Source: Alphaproteobacteria bacterium
GTDB taxonomy: Bacteria > Pseudomonadota > Alphaproteobacteria > Rs-D84
Reading direction: 5' to 3'
Assembly (NCBI GenBank): GCA_009782315.1
Contig: WRJH01000003.1
Location: forward strand, 1-37,637
DNA: 37,637 bases
Of this stretch, positions 26,530 through 36,418 are shown piece after piece (within the stretch, counting starts at the first letter, position 1; each line of letters begins with the position of its first letter). The position numbers and the translations under genes are program-made. The notes beneath the pieces were generated by a model. The model was given only the letters and a program-made list of their open reading frames with translations, was not told the DNA's origin and did no database searches.

Positions 26530-28834
26530 ATTGCCGGCATTGCATTGTCGTGCCGCCTTCCTCCGCTTTCCACGAATACCCCGGCGCGCATCTGCAATAT
26601 TGCATTCCTGGAATTGCTCCACCTGTGCCCCCCAACTGTTGATTATTCACAGCATTGCATTCTTCATACGACACACAACTGCCGTTCATTACCATAAATG
26701 AACTGTCGCACTTACACATCGCGTTGACCCAGCCGTTAGACGTACCGTTAGCGCTGATAGCTGTTCCGCCAGTTGCGAATGTCGAATTATCCGGGCACAG
26801 CATGGATTGATAGAATATTTCCGAAATTCCGTTTATGAAAACATTCTGGTCATTTCGGTTTGTTTCCGCCGAAAATACCGCGTATCCGCATGTCAGCGCG
26901 ACATTGCGGCACGCGCCCCGCATAACATTGTACACATGTTCCGCCGACGCGTTGGACGACCATGCGCCGACCTGGCTGACCTGTTGGCTGTAACAGAATG
27001 CTACGTCCTGCATGCACGTTGTCGCAAAATCGGAAATTACGCGGGACTGGGCGGCCTTTATATTAACCATCGCGCGCTGTATGAATGTTTTTACAACCTC
27101 GTTATGAGGATTGAATTTTCCGGACTTGTCATACGTGACGGCACGGCACCGGTCCATAGTCGCACGGCAAAGTCCGCTGGTCGCATCCTGGCTTGTGCCG
27201 ATTTTCTGCAACAGGAAATTGATGATGCATGTGCCGTCGGTCAGTGCGGTTGAAGAGCATTGACCCGGCACGGGCAGCCCCTCTAACGACATGTCCGCCA
27301 TATTGAATCCCGCCGTCATGCCCGTTATATTCGTTATATCCTTGCCCAAAACGACAGTGCCGTTTTCGTCGATATACATTTTCGTCGGGTCTATGCATTT
27401 AACAAAATCGCGGCCGCACACCATGTCGTCGGTCATGCATTTTTCCAGCGCGCCGACGCAACCCTTTGCGTCGTATTGGTTATGGTTCTGCATGACGGCA
27501 AGCCTGGCCTGTTGCAGCATCTGCGTCGCGGCGCGCACATTGGTGCGCAACGTCTGGTTCATCTTTTCCAATCCCTTTTCGTACTGGGTGCAGTCGCGGT
27601 CGATTTCAATTTCGTACCGGGCGGTGATTTGCGACACGTTGACGCCGGACCGCCGGCAAGCGGACAATACGTTTTCACACCGGCCCCTTGCGGCGTTCAA
27701 TAATTGGGTCCCGCGCATATTCGCAAAGGTCCCGCCGCCGGTTCCGAATAGATTACCGATATTGAACATTTCGGCCGGATCGCCCGACAGCGCGAAATCT
27801 ATATTCATATCCAAACCGTATCCGGTCGTGCCGGATGCGGCGACGAACGATTCCGGATTTTTTATCAGCTGTTCGATTTGGTCCAGCATGTTGCGGTTTT
27901 CGGTTGTGTCGCGCGCGCCGGTCAATGCAAGTTCCGCTTCGGTCGCGCTTAATATCGCGCGGATTTCATCGGCGGTAAGGCCGACATAGCGTATACGCTG
28001 GGCGACTTCGTTCAATTCGTTGTTGGCTTCTTTTGTGGCGTTTTCGACGCGGGAATAATTGGACAGCCGGTCGGAACAGCTGCACCGTTTTTGATTCGCG
28101 TCCAGGACGTTGCAGAACTGGTCCATGCATTCCGTGTATTGTTCGTGGCATGCGGCGGTCAAATCGCCCATGGCGGACAGCTTGTCGGTCAGTTCGTTAA
28201 TAGACACGGACGTCACTTGGGTTCCGGCGCGGTCGGTGCGCGTTGCGATGCGGCCGGTGTTGCCGATGTTGGATGTTGTGGGCTGGCCCGTGCCGGCGAC
28301 GTTTCCGCGGCCGCCGACTTCGGCGACGGTGGGCCGCAGAATGATTCCGGCGCGGCGCAAACTGGCCTCTTGATTCACAACGCCTTTGTCGTTTTCATGA
28401 AAAGCCGCGCGTCCCATGGCGCTGCCGGCGCCCTGCGCCTGAACGCCCGCCGCGCGGGATACGGCCGCAGAACGCGCAACAGCCTGCCCCCCGGAACCTT
28501 GGTGAAGGGGGGTGCGCGCAACAACGGGGGCGGAAACCTGGGGTGCGGCGGCCGATTGTTGCGGCACGGCTTGTGATGTTGTTGCTGTGCGTGTTACAAC
28601 GGCATTACGCGATACACCTGGCGCGACCGCCGTTCTCTCCGCTCTATTATCTATGCTCTCTTCTCTATGCTCTATGCTCTGCGGCGCCTGCGCCGCAGCC
28701 TGCGTCACGGTTCTGGAAACCGCCGCGCGACCGTATTGGATTGGTTCATCAGCGTTTGCAATGAAAGCAAGGCACAAAGCCCCGGCTGTTGCCAGGGCCA
28801 CTGTCTTTATGAAAAATCTTCCCTGTGATTTCAT
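26528..28834 (-). CDS. Large exported Cys-rich hypothetical protein (paralog A)
   Basis: Signal peptide, Ala/Arg/Thr-rich N-terminus, CHEQYTECMDQFC...KRCSC, EGF-like Cys tail. Confidence 0.88.
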   Translation of the reverse strand: MKSQGRFFIKTVALATAGALCLAFIANADEPIQYGRAAVSRTVTQAAAQAPQSIEHREESIDNRAERTAVAPGVSRNAVVTRTATTSQAVPQQSAAAPQVSAPVVARTPLHQGSGGQAVARSAAVSRAAGVQAQGAGSAMGRAAFHENDKGVVNQEASLRRAGIILRPTVAEVGGRGNVAGTGQPTTSNIGNTGRIATRTDRAGTQVTSVSINELTDKLSAMGDLTAACHEQYTECMDQFCNVLDANQKRCSCSDRLSNYSRVENATKEANNELNEVAQRIRYVGLTADEIRAILSATEAELALTGARDTTENRNMLDQIEQLIKNPESFVAASGTTGYGLDMNIDFALSGDPAEMFNIGNLFGTGGGTFANMRGTQLLNAARGRCENVLSACRRSGVNVSQITARYEIEIDRDCTQYEKGLEKMNQTLRTNVRAATQMLQQARLAVMQNHNQYDAKGCVGALEKCMTDDMVCGRDFVKCIDPTKMYIDENGTVVLGKDITNITGMTAGFNMADMSLEGLPVPGQCSSTALTDGTCIINFLLQKIGTSQDATSGLCRATMDRCRAVTYDKSGKFNPHNEVVKTFIQRAMVNIKAAQSRVISDFATTCMQDVAFCYSQQVSQVGAWSSNASAEHVYNVMRGACRNVALTCGYAVFSAETNRNDQNVFINGISEIFYQSMLCPDNSTFATGGTAISANGTSNGWVNAMCKCDSSFMVMNGSCVSYEECNAVNNQQLGGTGGAIPGMQYCRCAPGYSWKAEEGGTTMQCRQ
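28483..28512 (-). repeat. CCSCCTTCRC-type palindromic repeat in paralog A
   Basis: Minus strand CCCCCTTCACCAAGGTTCCGGGGGGCAGG; encodes PLHQGSGGQ. Confidence 0.65.
28641..28680. repeat. Heptamer array (GCTCTAT)-like in paralog A
   Basis: Encodes QSIEHREESIDNRA. Confidence 0.85.
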
Positions 28835-28856
28835 ATTAAATCCGAAACCAGTTCAC

Positions 28857-30992
28857 TTATGGCTGTATGCCTTGCGACCCATCCGGCAACACGCCCCAAT
28901 CGCGGATATTGTCCACATTCATCTGTTGCAGACACCATTCGCGGATTTCCTTTGATTTTTTGCCGGTTCCATAAGTCGGCTGACTTATAGTTCCCGTTAC
29001 GCCCGTGCCGTAAAGGATTTCAGACAGCGTCACAACGTTGCGGCAAGTGTTCAGCTTTGGATCCTGGTTGTTGTCGCAAGTTTCGTTGTCAACCTTGTCT
29101 ATGATTGCCGCCACGGACGTATGCGCCGGACTGCAAATCATATCGCGGTAACAGCTGGGGATATTGGACGTCTGCGTGCAGTGCGCTTTGATTCTCGCGG
29201 TCGTCCAATTTTGCGACTGGTACTGCATCTGTTCGTAACAATCCCATATTTCGGTCAGGCATTGCACGAAATTGTTTTTCGCGGCGGTGGAATTCGCGCG
29301 CTGGGCGTTTGTTTCCGTTGTTTCGAATTCAAGGCGTTTCGCTTGCAGCGCCTGCATTGCGGCAATACGCTGGAACGCCATGTTCTGGGTCATCGTTTTC
29401 AATTCTTCGCCGTAAACGTCGCAGTCGGCGTTCGCGTCCAGCGCATACCGGACCAGAACGCTGCGGCGCGCGTCCGCGATGGGCTTGCGCAGATTTTCAA
29501 ACGGGTCGGAATTCGCATTGTATCCGAAACACACGGCCGTGGCGGCTGTGCTGGAACTGTTGGATTTTATGGCGAATGCGTTGTTCACGTCGGTATTGTT
29601 GTTGCTGATTGTGATTTTGCTGTTCAGGTTTCCGGGCGTGTTGCTTTTACAGTCTTCGTATATTCCGTTGAAACAGGAATCCAGAACGCGTCCGCAAACT
29701 TCGTTGTGCGCGAATTGGAACAAATCATATCCCCATGTTTCTGCCAGATTGTCTTTCACCATCGTATCGCCGAATACCGAACTTTCGCCGGGCCGGCGCA
29801 GCCCCAAATCCACGGTAATATTGTACGCGCTGTTGATATTTTTCAACCAGGCGAACATGTCGTTGTCGCGGGTGATTGTGTCGACCAGCTGCATATTGCT
29901 GTTCGCGGTGTTAAGCAGATTGCTGATGGACGAATCCATGCCGTTCAAACTGTTTATCATACCGCCCGGACACATTGTGTTTTCAAAGTTGCGAATAGTG
30001 CCGGCTGTACAGGTAGCAGTGTCGCTTTGCGCTATAAGCGCAACGGTATTGTTATTGCACCATTCTGTTTTCATATTTTCGTTGTCGCTGAAAACAACTT
30101 CGCGGAACGAAACGCAGTTCAGAATTTTTTCCGCATCGGTCAGCGTGAATGCGGCCGATATGTCGCGCCCGCCGGATGCGACGATAAGCGCCAATTCGCC
30201 CGACGCGCGCAATAAATCCTCGCGCGCCTGGTTCAATGTTTTTTCCGCCGAATTGAATGTCAGAACGCGTCCAGCGCACGCACAGCGGCGCTGTCCCGGA
30301 TTGCGCGCGGTGCAGATTTCATCCATGCAGGTGTAATACGCGTCCATACAGTTCGCGTACGCTTCCGCGGATATCAGACCGGTCTGCGGGTCGATGATGT
30401 TCGCGTGGCTGCCCGTCCACATGCGTTGCGACAAAAGGGAATTGGAATTCACCGATGTGCCCGGAACCCGCGAAGTCGCGGATGCGCCCGCAACCATTCC
30501 GACGCGCGCGCTTTGCGGCATAACTCCGGTTCGCGCCGAAACGGCGCGGCTTTGCGTCGATGCGGCGGCGCGACCTGTGACATTACGCGGTGTAACTGTG
30601 GCGGCGCGTGCCGTTGGCGCGGCGTTGCGCGCGGACTGCGTTGTTGTTGTGGCGCGGCTTTGCTGTGCGGTTGTGCCGGCTGTTGCCGGTGTGGCGATGG
30701 CGGCCGGTGCCGCCGCTGTACGCGCGGTTACCGCGCGGGCGCCCAAACCTTCGCGGCCCTGTGCCTGACCGCGGGCGGCGACGCCGCGCGACCCTGCGCC
30801 TGCGCCGCCTGTGCGGCCGGATTGCTGTGCGGCCGCGCTGCGCGGATTATACGTCTGGCTTCCGGCCGCCGCTTGCTGCGCCGCGACCTGGGCCTGGTAT
30901 ACGCCCGCCTCTCCGTATTGAACCTGTGCGTATGCGCTGAATGCAAAAACCGCCGCGCAAATAGCCGCCATAAAAAAATGCGTGAACTTCAT
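28857..30992 (-). CDS. Large exported Cys-rich hypothetical protein (paralog B)
   Basis: Signal peptide ending AYA, low-complexity N-terminus, CMDAYYTCMDEIC...RRCAC. Confidence 0.88.
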   Translation of the reverse strand: MKFTHFFMAAICAAVFAFSAYAQVQYGEAGVYQAQVAAQQAAAGSQTYNPRSAAAQQSGRTGGAGAGSRGVAARGQAQGREGLGARAVTARTAAAPAAIATPATAGTTAQQSRATTTTQSARNAAPTARAATVTPRNVTGRAAASTQSRAVSARTGVMPQSARVGMVAGASATSRVPGTSVNSNSLLSQRMWTGSHANIIDPQTGLISAEAYANCMDAYYTCMDEICTARNPGQRRCACAGRVLTFNSAEKTLNQAREDLLRASGELALIVASGGRDISAAFTLTDAEKILNCVSFREVVFSDNENMKTEWCNNNTVALIAQSDTATCTAGTIRNFENTMCPGGMINSLNGMDSSISNLLNTANSNMQLVDTITRDNDMFAWLKNINSAYNITVDLGLRRPGESSVFGDTMVKDNLAETWGYDLFQFAHNEVCGRVLDSCFNGIYEDCKSNTPGNLNSKITISNNNTDVNNAFAIKSNSSSTAATAVCFGYNANSDPFENLRKPIADARRSVLVRYALDANADCDVYGEELKTMTQNMAFQRIAAMQALQAKRLEFETTETNAQRANSTAAKNNFVQCLTEIWDCYEQMQYQSQNWTTARIKAHCTQTSNIPSCYRDMICSPAHTSVAAIIDKVDNETCDNNQDPKLNTCRNVVTLSEILYGTGVTGTISQPTYGTGKKSKEIREWCLQQMNVDNIRDWGVLPDGSQGIQP

Positions 30993-31058
30993 GGAATATC
31001 CTTTCCTACTAATTCTAATAAATTATATCATTTTTGCGCCATGCAGGTAAAGGGGAAA

Positions 31059-31192
31059 ATAGGGCATAAGGCACAAGGCATAAGGCATATTTTCCTGTTG
31101 TTAATATTTGGATTTTCGATGATAATTTCACCGTTAACCAAAAGGAAAAAATATGAAAAAACTTATGCCTTATGCCTTATGCCTTGTGCCTT
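31059..31192. repeat. Inverted pair AAGGCAT / CTTATGC
   Basis: Arms 31059-31089 (identical to 26170-26200) and 31162-31192 (mliC signal peptide). Confidence 0.93.
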
Positions 31193-31467
31193 TATTTCTT
31201 GGCGCCTGCCGGGAAAAGCCGTTGGAAACCATCGACCTGATGTGCGGCGAAGTCCATGTGGACGCGCGCATTTACCGCGATAGAATCGAAGCGAAAATGT
31301 ACGAACAAGACATAGAAATGAAATTGTCGCAGTCGGCCAGCGGCGCCAGATATGCGGGAAGCACAAACGACACCCGTCTGGTTCTTTGGAACAAAGGCGA
31401 AGAATGGCTGCTTTTGTCCGTCACCGGGAACGAAGAAGAAGTCCTGGTCAGTTGCATGAAACAATAA
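31153..31467 (+). CDS. mliC: MliC-family lysozyme-inhibitor lipoprotein
   Basis: Lipobox LGAC, SASGARY, LWNKG, two Cys. Confidence 0.85.
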   Translation: MKKLMPYALCLVPLFLGACREKPLETIDLMCGEVHVDARIYRDRIEAKMYEQDIEMKLSQSASGARYAGSTNDTRLVLWNKGEEWLLLSVTGNEEEVLVSCMKQ

Positions 31468-31493
31468 AAAACGCCGCGAAAGCGGCGTTTTTT
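31466..31493. terminator. Bidirectional intrinsic terminator
   Basis: AAAAAACGCCGC-GAAA-GCGGCGTTTTTT. Confidence 0.9.
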
Positions 31494-31746
31494 ATTCCGG
31501 CATGACCGATACGGTCGCGCGGTTTCCGGTTCCGCGTTTGAAACGCACGAATCCCGCGATTTTGGAAAATATGGTGTGGTCTTTGCCCATCCCGACGTTC
31601 AGACCGGGGTGAACTTTCGTTCCGCGCTGGCGGATAATGATGTTTCCGGCAATGACGCGTTGTCCGCCGCCCTTTTTGACGCCCAGTCTGCGCCCCGCTG
31701 AATCGCGTCCGTTTGACGATGACCCGCCGCCTTTTTTATGTGCCAT
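31492..31746 (-). CDS. rpmA: 50S ribosomal protein L27
   Basis: [41 protein letters not shown]. Confidence 0.98.
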   Translation of the reverse strand: MAHKKGGGSSSNGRDSAGRRLGVKKGGGQRVIAGNIIIRQRGTKVHPGLNVGMGKDHTIFSKIAGFVRFKRGTGNRATVSVMPE

Positions 31747-31769
31747 AATTTGCTCCTTTCAGTCGCAAG

Positions 31770-31838
31770 CAGTCGGCAGTCTATAGTCTTCAGTCGTCAG
31801 AATTTTATCTTTCGACTTTCGACTTTCGACTTTCGACT
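31770..31838. repeat. Inverted pair of related arrays (YAGTCNN)4 / (TTTCGAC)4 between rplU and rpmA
   Basis: Arms 31770-31800 and 31810-31837; the second overlaps the rplU stop. Confidence 0.85.
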
Positions 31839-32136
31839 ATCCTTTAATTTCTGTTATTTTCACCACCGTTATATGCTGGCGGTGGCCGCGTGTTCTGCGG
31901 TAATTCTGGCGGCGTTTTTTCTTGAACACCAAAATTTTATCCGCGCGTTTTTGTTCCAATATTTCGCAAACGACTTTCGCGCCTTTGACAATCGGGTCGC
32001 CGACTTTGTCGCCCACCATCAGAACCTGGTCGAATTCGACCTTGCCTTCGGCTTTTAACTTTTCAATCTTGATGGTATCGCCGACTTTTGCGCGATATTG
32101 TTTGCCGCCTGTCTGAAATATAGCATAATTTTCCAT
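31837..32136 (-). CDS. rplU: 50S ribosomal protein L21
   Basis: YAIFQTGGKQYR, VFKKKRRQNYRRTRGHRQ; start at MENY. Confidence 0.97.
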   Translation of the reverse strand: MENYAIFQTGGKQYRAKVGDTIKIEKLKAEGKVEFDQVLMVGDKVGDPIVKGAKVVCEILEQKRADKILVFKKKRRQNYRRTRGHRQHITVVKITEIKG

Positions 32137-32202
32137 ATTTTTTGCCTTTTTGTCTAAAACTTTATGCAATAATGGCATATTTTTCTTGAAAGTCAAGAAA
32201 AA

Positions 32203-32282
32203 AGGTAAGAGGTGTGAAGTAAAAGGTATGAAGTATCCATCGTCCACCTACCTCATACTTCTTACCTCATACCTTTTACCTA
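32203..32282. repeat. Inverted pair ARGTANG / CNTACYT
   Basis: Arms 32203-32236 and 32247-32281, five units each; second arm overlaps the PBP1A stop. Confidence 0.88.
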
Positions 32283-34391
32283 AAACACTCCGCCCACTAC
32301 TGTTTCGCCCGATGCGCCATCTTCATTTGGCGCGCCCCGCGGCGGATTGGGCTTTTGCCCCGGTTTGAACGCTTCCAGAATAATGGTTCCTTCGGGGTCC
32401 TGGCTGGCCGCGATGCCTGTTGCGCGGTTCACACGTATGAGTTCCAGGCCGTCCGGTATGGGGAACGGGCGGTTGCTTTCATTTTGAAGCGCGACTTTCA
32501 TAAAATCGCCGAAAACTTTCGCGGCCATGTATGAACCGGCGCCGGGCCCCAAGGGATGGGGATTGTCGTATCCCAAATAAACGCCGGCGACCAGGTCTTT
32601 GGAAAAACCGACGAACCAGACGTCGCGCACTTCGTTTGTGGTTCCGGTCTTGCCCGCGATGGTGCGTCCGGGCACACGCGCCTGGCGCCCTGTTCCCATT
32701 TCGACCGCGCCCTGCAAAATGGATACTATCTGGTACAGGCTTTGCGGGTCGGCAAGCGCCTCGCCCGGCTCTACCCGTTCCGGCGGCAGCATGCCGGGCG
32801 TCCATTCCATGGACATGTCGCCTGCTGATTCCTGGTTTCTGGTTCCTATGATTTTCCCATGCCTGTCCTGGACATAGTCGACCAGTTTCAAATCATGCCT
32901 GTATCCGCCGTTGATGAACGCGGCATACCCCAGCGCAAGTTTGGCCAAAGTCGTCTCGCCCGACCCCAGCGCCAGCGACAAATTCATGTGCCGCATATTG
33001 TTGTCGTACACGCCGAACCGCTGGGCCGTGGCGACGGCGCGGCGCACGCCGATATCGTCGACCAATCGCACGGTCGGCACGTTCCGGCTGGTTTCCAGCG
33101 AAAGGCGGAAAGGAACGTTGCCCAAAAACTTGCGGTCGTAATTTTCCGGCTTCCATAATTTTTCGTCTTCGCGCCATCCGACGATGGGCGCATCCATCAA
33201 AAGGGTTTGCGGCGTATAGTTCCCGGTTTCCAGCGCCGCCAGATAAACAAAAGGCTTTATTGTCGAACCGACCTGTCGCATGGCCTGGGTCGCGCGGTTG
33301 AACGAAGATTCCGCAAAAGAATCGCCGCCCGACATTGCCAAAACGCGCCCGGTGTGCGGATTTACCACGATGATTGCGCCTTGCAGTCGCTCTTCGCGGC
33401 CCTGGCTGTATGTGTCGATTGCGGATTTCAATGCCGCGGCCGCCGCGCGCTGCAATTCCGGAACGATTGTCGTCTTTACGTACAGTCCGTCGTTGTACAG
33501 CATTTCGCGCCCGATTTTATTCAACAGTTCGCGGCGGACGTCTTCGGCGAAATATTGAAAATCATCCTCCATCTGGGCCATAAATCCGCGGTTGATGTTC
33601 AATGGGTCCGACATAGCTTCCGTCATCTGCTGTTTTGTAATGAACCCTTCATCCATCATGCGGCGCAATACGTAATTGCGGCGTTCGACCGCGCGGTCGC
33701 GGTTGTTCGGCGCCTTGGGCAGCGATGCCAGGAAAGCCATCTGGGACAAAGACAGCTCTGCTACGGGCTTGTTGAAATACATCAAGGACGCGCTGCCCAC
33801 GCCGTACGCGCGCGCGCCCAAAAATATCTGGTTCAGATACAGGGTCATTATATGCTGTTTGGAAAAAGCGCGTTCCAGGCGCAGCGCCAGAATAGCCTCT
33901 TTTGCCTTGCGCGCGATGGTGCGGTCGGATGATAAAAAGAAATTCTTCGCGACCTGTTGGGTTACCGTCGACGCACCTGAAAACCGCGTCGGCCCGCCCA
34001 GTATTTTGATAAGGTTGTTTGTCGCGGCGCGCGCGATTCCGAAAACGTCGATTCCGGCGTGGCGCCAGAAATTCTTGTCTTCGGCGGCGACGAACGCGTT
34101 GACCAGTTGCGGCGGCATGTCTTCGAATTCTATGAACACGCGGCGTTCTTCGGCATATTCGATAAGCAAAGAGCCGTCGGCGGCATAAAGGCGCGTCGCG
34201 ACCGGCGGCGAATACGCGGCCAGTTTTTTATAGTCCGGCAAATCGCGGCCGTATTTCACGACCAGCGCGGTTGCCAGAATGACCAGAACGACGGCGGCCC
34301 AGAACGCGCCGCGCAGCAGCAGAATCGTTGATTTTTTAAGGAAAGATAAAAACGCGCCGAATTTTTTCACCCGAAAAGTATACACCGGCAA
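32280..34391 (-). CDS. mrcA: Class A penicillin-binding protein 1A
   Basis: AAEDKNFWRHAGID, GASTVTQQVAKNF, GSTIKPF, SRN, GKTGTTN; start uncertain. Confidence 0.93.
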   Translation of the reverse strand: MPVYTFRVKKFGAFLSFLKKSTILLLRGAFWAAVVLVILATALVVKYGRDLPDYKKLAAYSPPVATRLYAADGSLLIEYAEERRVFIEFEDMPPQLVNAFVAAEDKNFWRHAGIDVFGIARAATNNLIKILGGPTRFSGASTVTQQVAKNFFLSSDRTIARKAKEAILALRLERAFSKQHIMTLYLNQIFLGARAYGVGSASLMYFNKPVAELSLSQMAFLASLPKAPNNRDRAVERRNYVLRRMMDEGFITKQQMTEAMSDPLNINRGFMAQMEDDFQYFAEDVRRELLNKIGREMLYNDGLYVKTTIVPELQRAAAAALKSAIDTYSQGREERLQGAIIVVNPHTGRVLAMSGGDSFAESSFNRATQAMRQVGSTIKPFVYLAALETGNYTPQTLLMDAPIVGWREDEKLWKPENYDRKFLGNVPFRLSLETSRNVPTVRLVDDIGVRRAVATAQRFGVYDNNMRHMNLSLALGSGETTLAKLALGYAAFINGGYRHDLKLVDYVQDRHGKIIGTRNQESAGDMSMEWTPGMLPPERVEPGEALADPQSLYQIVSILQGAVEMGTGRQARVPGRTIAGKTGTTNEVRDVWFVGFSKDLVAGVYLGYDNPHPLGPGAGSYMAAKVFGDFMKVALQNESNRPFPIPDGLELIRVNRATGIAASQDPEGTIILEAFKPGQKPNPPRGAPNEDGASGETVVGGVF

Positions 34392-34409
34392 AAATCAAAT
34401 AGCAATAAA

Positions 34410-34488
34410 AAGTGACAAGTGACAAGTAATAAGTGATACCGCCGTTCCAGGATTACAAGTATCACTTATCACTTGTCACTTTTCACTT
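34410..34488. repeat. Inverted pair AAGTGAY / NTCACTT
   Basis: Arms 34410-34437 and 34461-34488, four units each, 23-nt spacer, between divergent genes. Confidence 0.9.
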
Positions 34489-34527
34489 GATATGCTACAA
34501 TTTCGAAAGATACCAAAGGAGAAAACT

Positions 34528-34914
34528 ATGGACTATTTAACAACAATACGGAATATGCGTCGGATAACTTTCACCGCGTTTTTGACAACTATACTGTTCG
34601 TGATTGTATTCTGGGCGTTCATCATGACGAACGCGATGCAGTATTTCATGTGGGCGCTGCCCGGGTTCGACCTGTCATCCACCAACGTCTATGTCATGTG
34701 GCTGACCGGCGCGCTGGAAATTGCGGGAATCGTTTTGTTTTTGATACCGGCGATAGTATTGTCTTTTGAAATCCGGTTTGAAAAACGACGCGCGGCCGCC
34801 GAAGAAAAAGAATTCCTGGAATGGCGCGAAGAACTGTTCGGCGCACTTGAATCGAAACCGGCCAAGGCGAAAACGAAAGCAAAGCCGAAAGCGAAATCAA
34901 AGAAAAAGAAATAA
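34528..34914 (+). CDS. Small membrane protein with Lys-rich tail
   Basis: AAGGAG RBS, two hydrophobic segments, KPAKAKTKAKPKAKSKKKK tail. Confidence 0.8.
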   Translation: MDYLTTIRNMRRITFTAFLTTILFVIVFWAFIMTNAMQYFMWALPGFDLSSTNVYVMWLTGALEIAGIVLFLIPAIVLSFEIRFEKRRAAAEEKEFLEWREELFGALESKPAKAKTKAKPKAKSKKKK

Positions 34915-34935
34915 AAACATCTTTTGATTTAATGC

Positions 34936-34961
34936 AAACCGGCGCAAACAGCGCCGGTTTT
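34936..34961 (+). terminator. Intrinsic terminator
   Basis: AAACCGGCGC-AAACA-GCGCCGGTTTT. Confidence 0.7.
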
Positions 34962-34978
34962 ATAGTCTGGAAAATACA

Positions 34979-35812
34979 ATGAATAAATTTATCGGAATAG
35001 AATATGGTCGCGGCTGCCTGCGGGTCGCAATCGACGGCGGGTGCGCGGACGCGCCGGCGCGGGTGCGGGAAATGTTTTCAGGAAACGATTGGACGATTGT
35101 GCATTCGGAACCGTTTGATGCGAACGAATGCGCGGCCGACAGGTTTGGCGAAAATTTCAAAATACAACGGGAAATTTATAACAGGGCGCCGGCCGGCCGG
35201 CATATATTAATCGGCGGCGACCATTCGGTAAACTTTGGGCATTTCGCGGCCATCGCGGACCAAATGCCGGACACGGATTTATGTCTGGTCTATATAGATT
35301 CGCATCTGGATATACATTCACCGGAAAGCGGAAGGCAGCAGGGTTCGGGCAGCCCGCACGGTTCAAACGTGCGCGCGCTGCTGGGCACGGGCGACGAACG
35401 CTGGCTTTCTTTGATGAAGAAACGTCCCGCGCTGAAACCGGAAAATCTTTTTTATCTGGGACCGCGTTCTTATGAACCCGCGGAAATAGAATTTATTGCT
35501 GAAAACAATATATTCATGCGCACCAGCGACGAATTGAAAACGCCGGAACAGCGGACCGCGGCCGTCCGTGAAATCAAAGAACGAATTGGCGACCGGCCTT
35601 TCGTTCTGTCGTTCGATTTCGATTCGATTGACCCGGGCCTATTCAAAGAAGTCTTGGTGCCGGCAAAAAACGGTATTGATGTCGCCGCGGCGGAATTTTT
35701 TATAGATGAATTCAAGGGTGCGATATCTTTTGAATTTGTTGAATACGCGCCCGCGGGCGACGATGCGTCCGCCGAAATTGTAAAAAGATTGATTGGAATC
35801 GTCGCGGAATAA
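34979..35812 (+). CDS. Arginase/ureohydrolase family protein
   Basis: GGDHS, DSHLD, SPHG, SFDFDSIDP metal-binding motifs. Confidence 0.93.
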   Translation: MNKFIGIEYGRGCLRVAIDGGCADAPARVREMFSGNDWTIVHSEPFDANECAADRFGENFKIQREIYNRAPAGRHILIGGDHSVNFGHFAAIADQMPDTDLCLVYIDSHLDIHSPESGRQQGSGSPHGSNVRALLGTGDERWLSLMKKRPALKPENLFYLGPRSYEPAEIEFIAENNIFMRTSDELKTPEQRTAAVREIKERIGDRPFVLSFDFDSIDPGLFKEVLVPAKNGIDVAAAEFFIDEFKGAISFEFVEYAPAGDDASAEIVKRLIGIVAE

Positions 35813-35815
35813 AGT

Positions 35816-36418
35816 TTATCGGCCCCGCGCCGCACGATACGCACTCTCGATGGCCCGCCTTATACCGTCTATGCAGCCGGGATGGTCGGGATGGCCAAAA
35901 AGATATGCGACAAAGTCGGGCGCATCCTTCGCGGCGTGGATGACATACTCGCGTTCGAAATCGACAAAGCACATCCAGGGAGTGTTTACAATCATCTCTC
36001 CAACCTTGGCGGTATATTCGCACCAAACGACCGAATCGAAACTCTCGGCGCCGGTCACCGTGTCTTTCTGGACCGGATGAACCGTGGTCGGGGTGTCGCG
36101 CGAAGCCGCGCTGTTGCTGGCCGTTATGACCTTTATGCTCTTCATTTCGACCTTGTGGTCGTCAATCGTCCAGCCTTCTTCCACGGCGGTTTTGCTTGTC
36201 GTAAAGCGATGGCCGATATTGGCTATATTGTCCAATAAATTGCCCTTGTAATGGGTCGCCGGGCGGCCGACATGGTCGGTTGCGCCCTTTGGGCATACGA
36301 CGACGAATTCCGTCGCATGAACTTCGCCTTGTTTTTTGACCCGGTTTGAATTTGGATTTTCTTGCGGTTTGCGGATGGTATTTTTAACGTCTGTTTTGGT
36401 TTTCATTTTATTTTCCAT
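35816..36418 (-). CDS. Hypothetical protein
   Basis: 200-aa ORF overlapping the upstream ORF end; no family recognised. Confidence 0.65.
   Translation of the reverse strand: MENKMKTKTDVKNTIRKPQENPNSNRVKKQGEVHATEFVVVCPKGATDHVGRPATHYKGNLLDNIANIGHRFTTSKTAVEEGWTIDDHKVEMKSIKVITASNSAASRDTPTTVHPVQKDTVTGAESFDSVVWCEYTAKVGEMIVNTPWMCFVDFEREYVIHAAKDAPDFVAYLFGHPDHPGCIDGIRRAIESAYRAARGR

Noticed and set aside
32137-32247. N-terminal extension of L21 (likewise RecR, XseB, the carboxypeptidase and the 34492 ORF)
   Set aside because: Upstream alternative starts run through promoter or repeat DNA; downstream ATGs fit family length or RBS position
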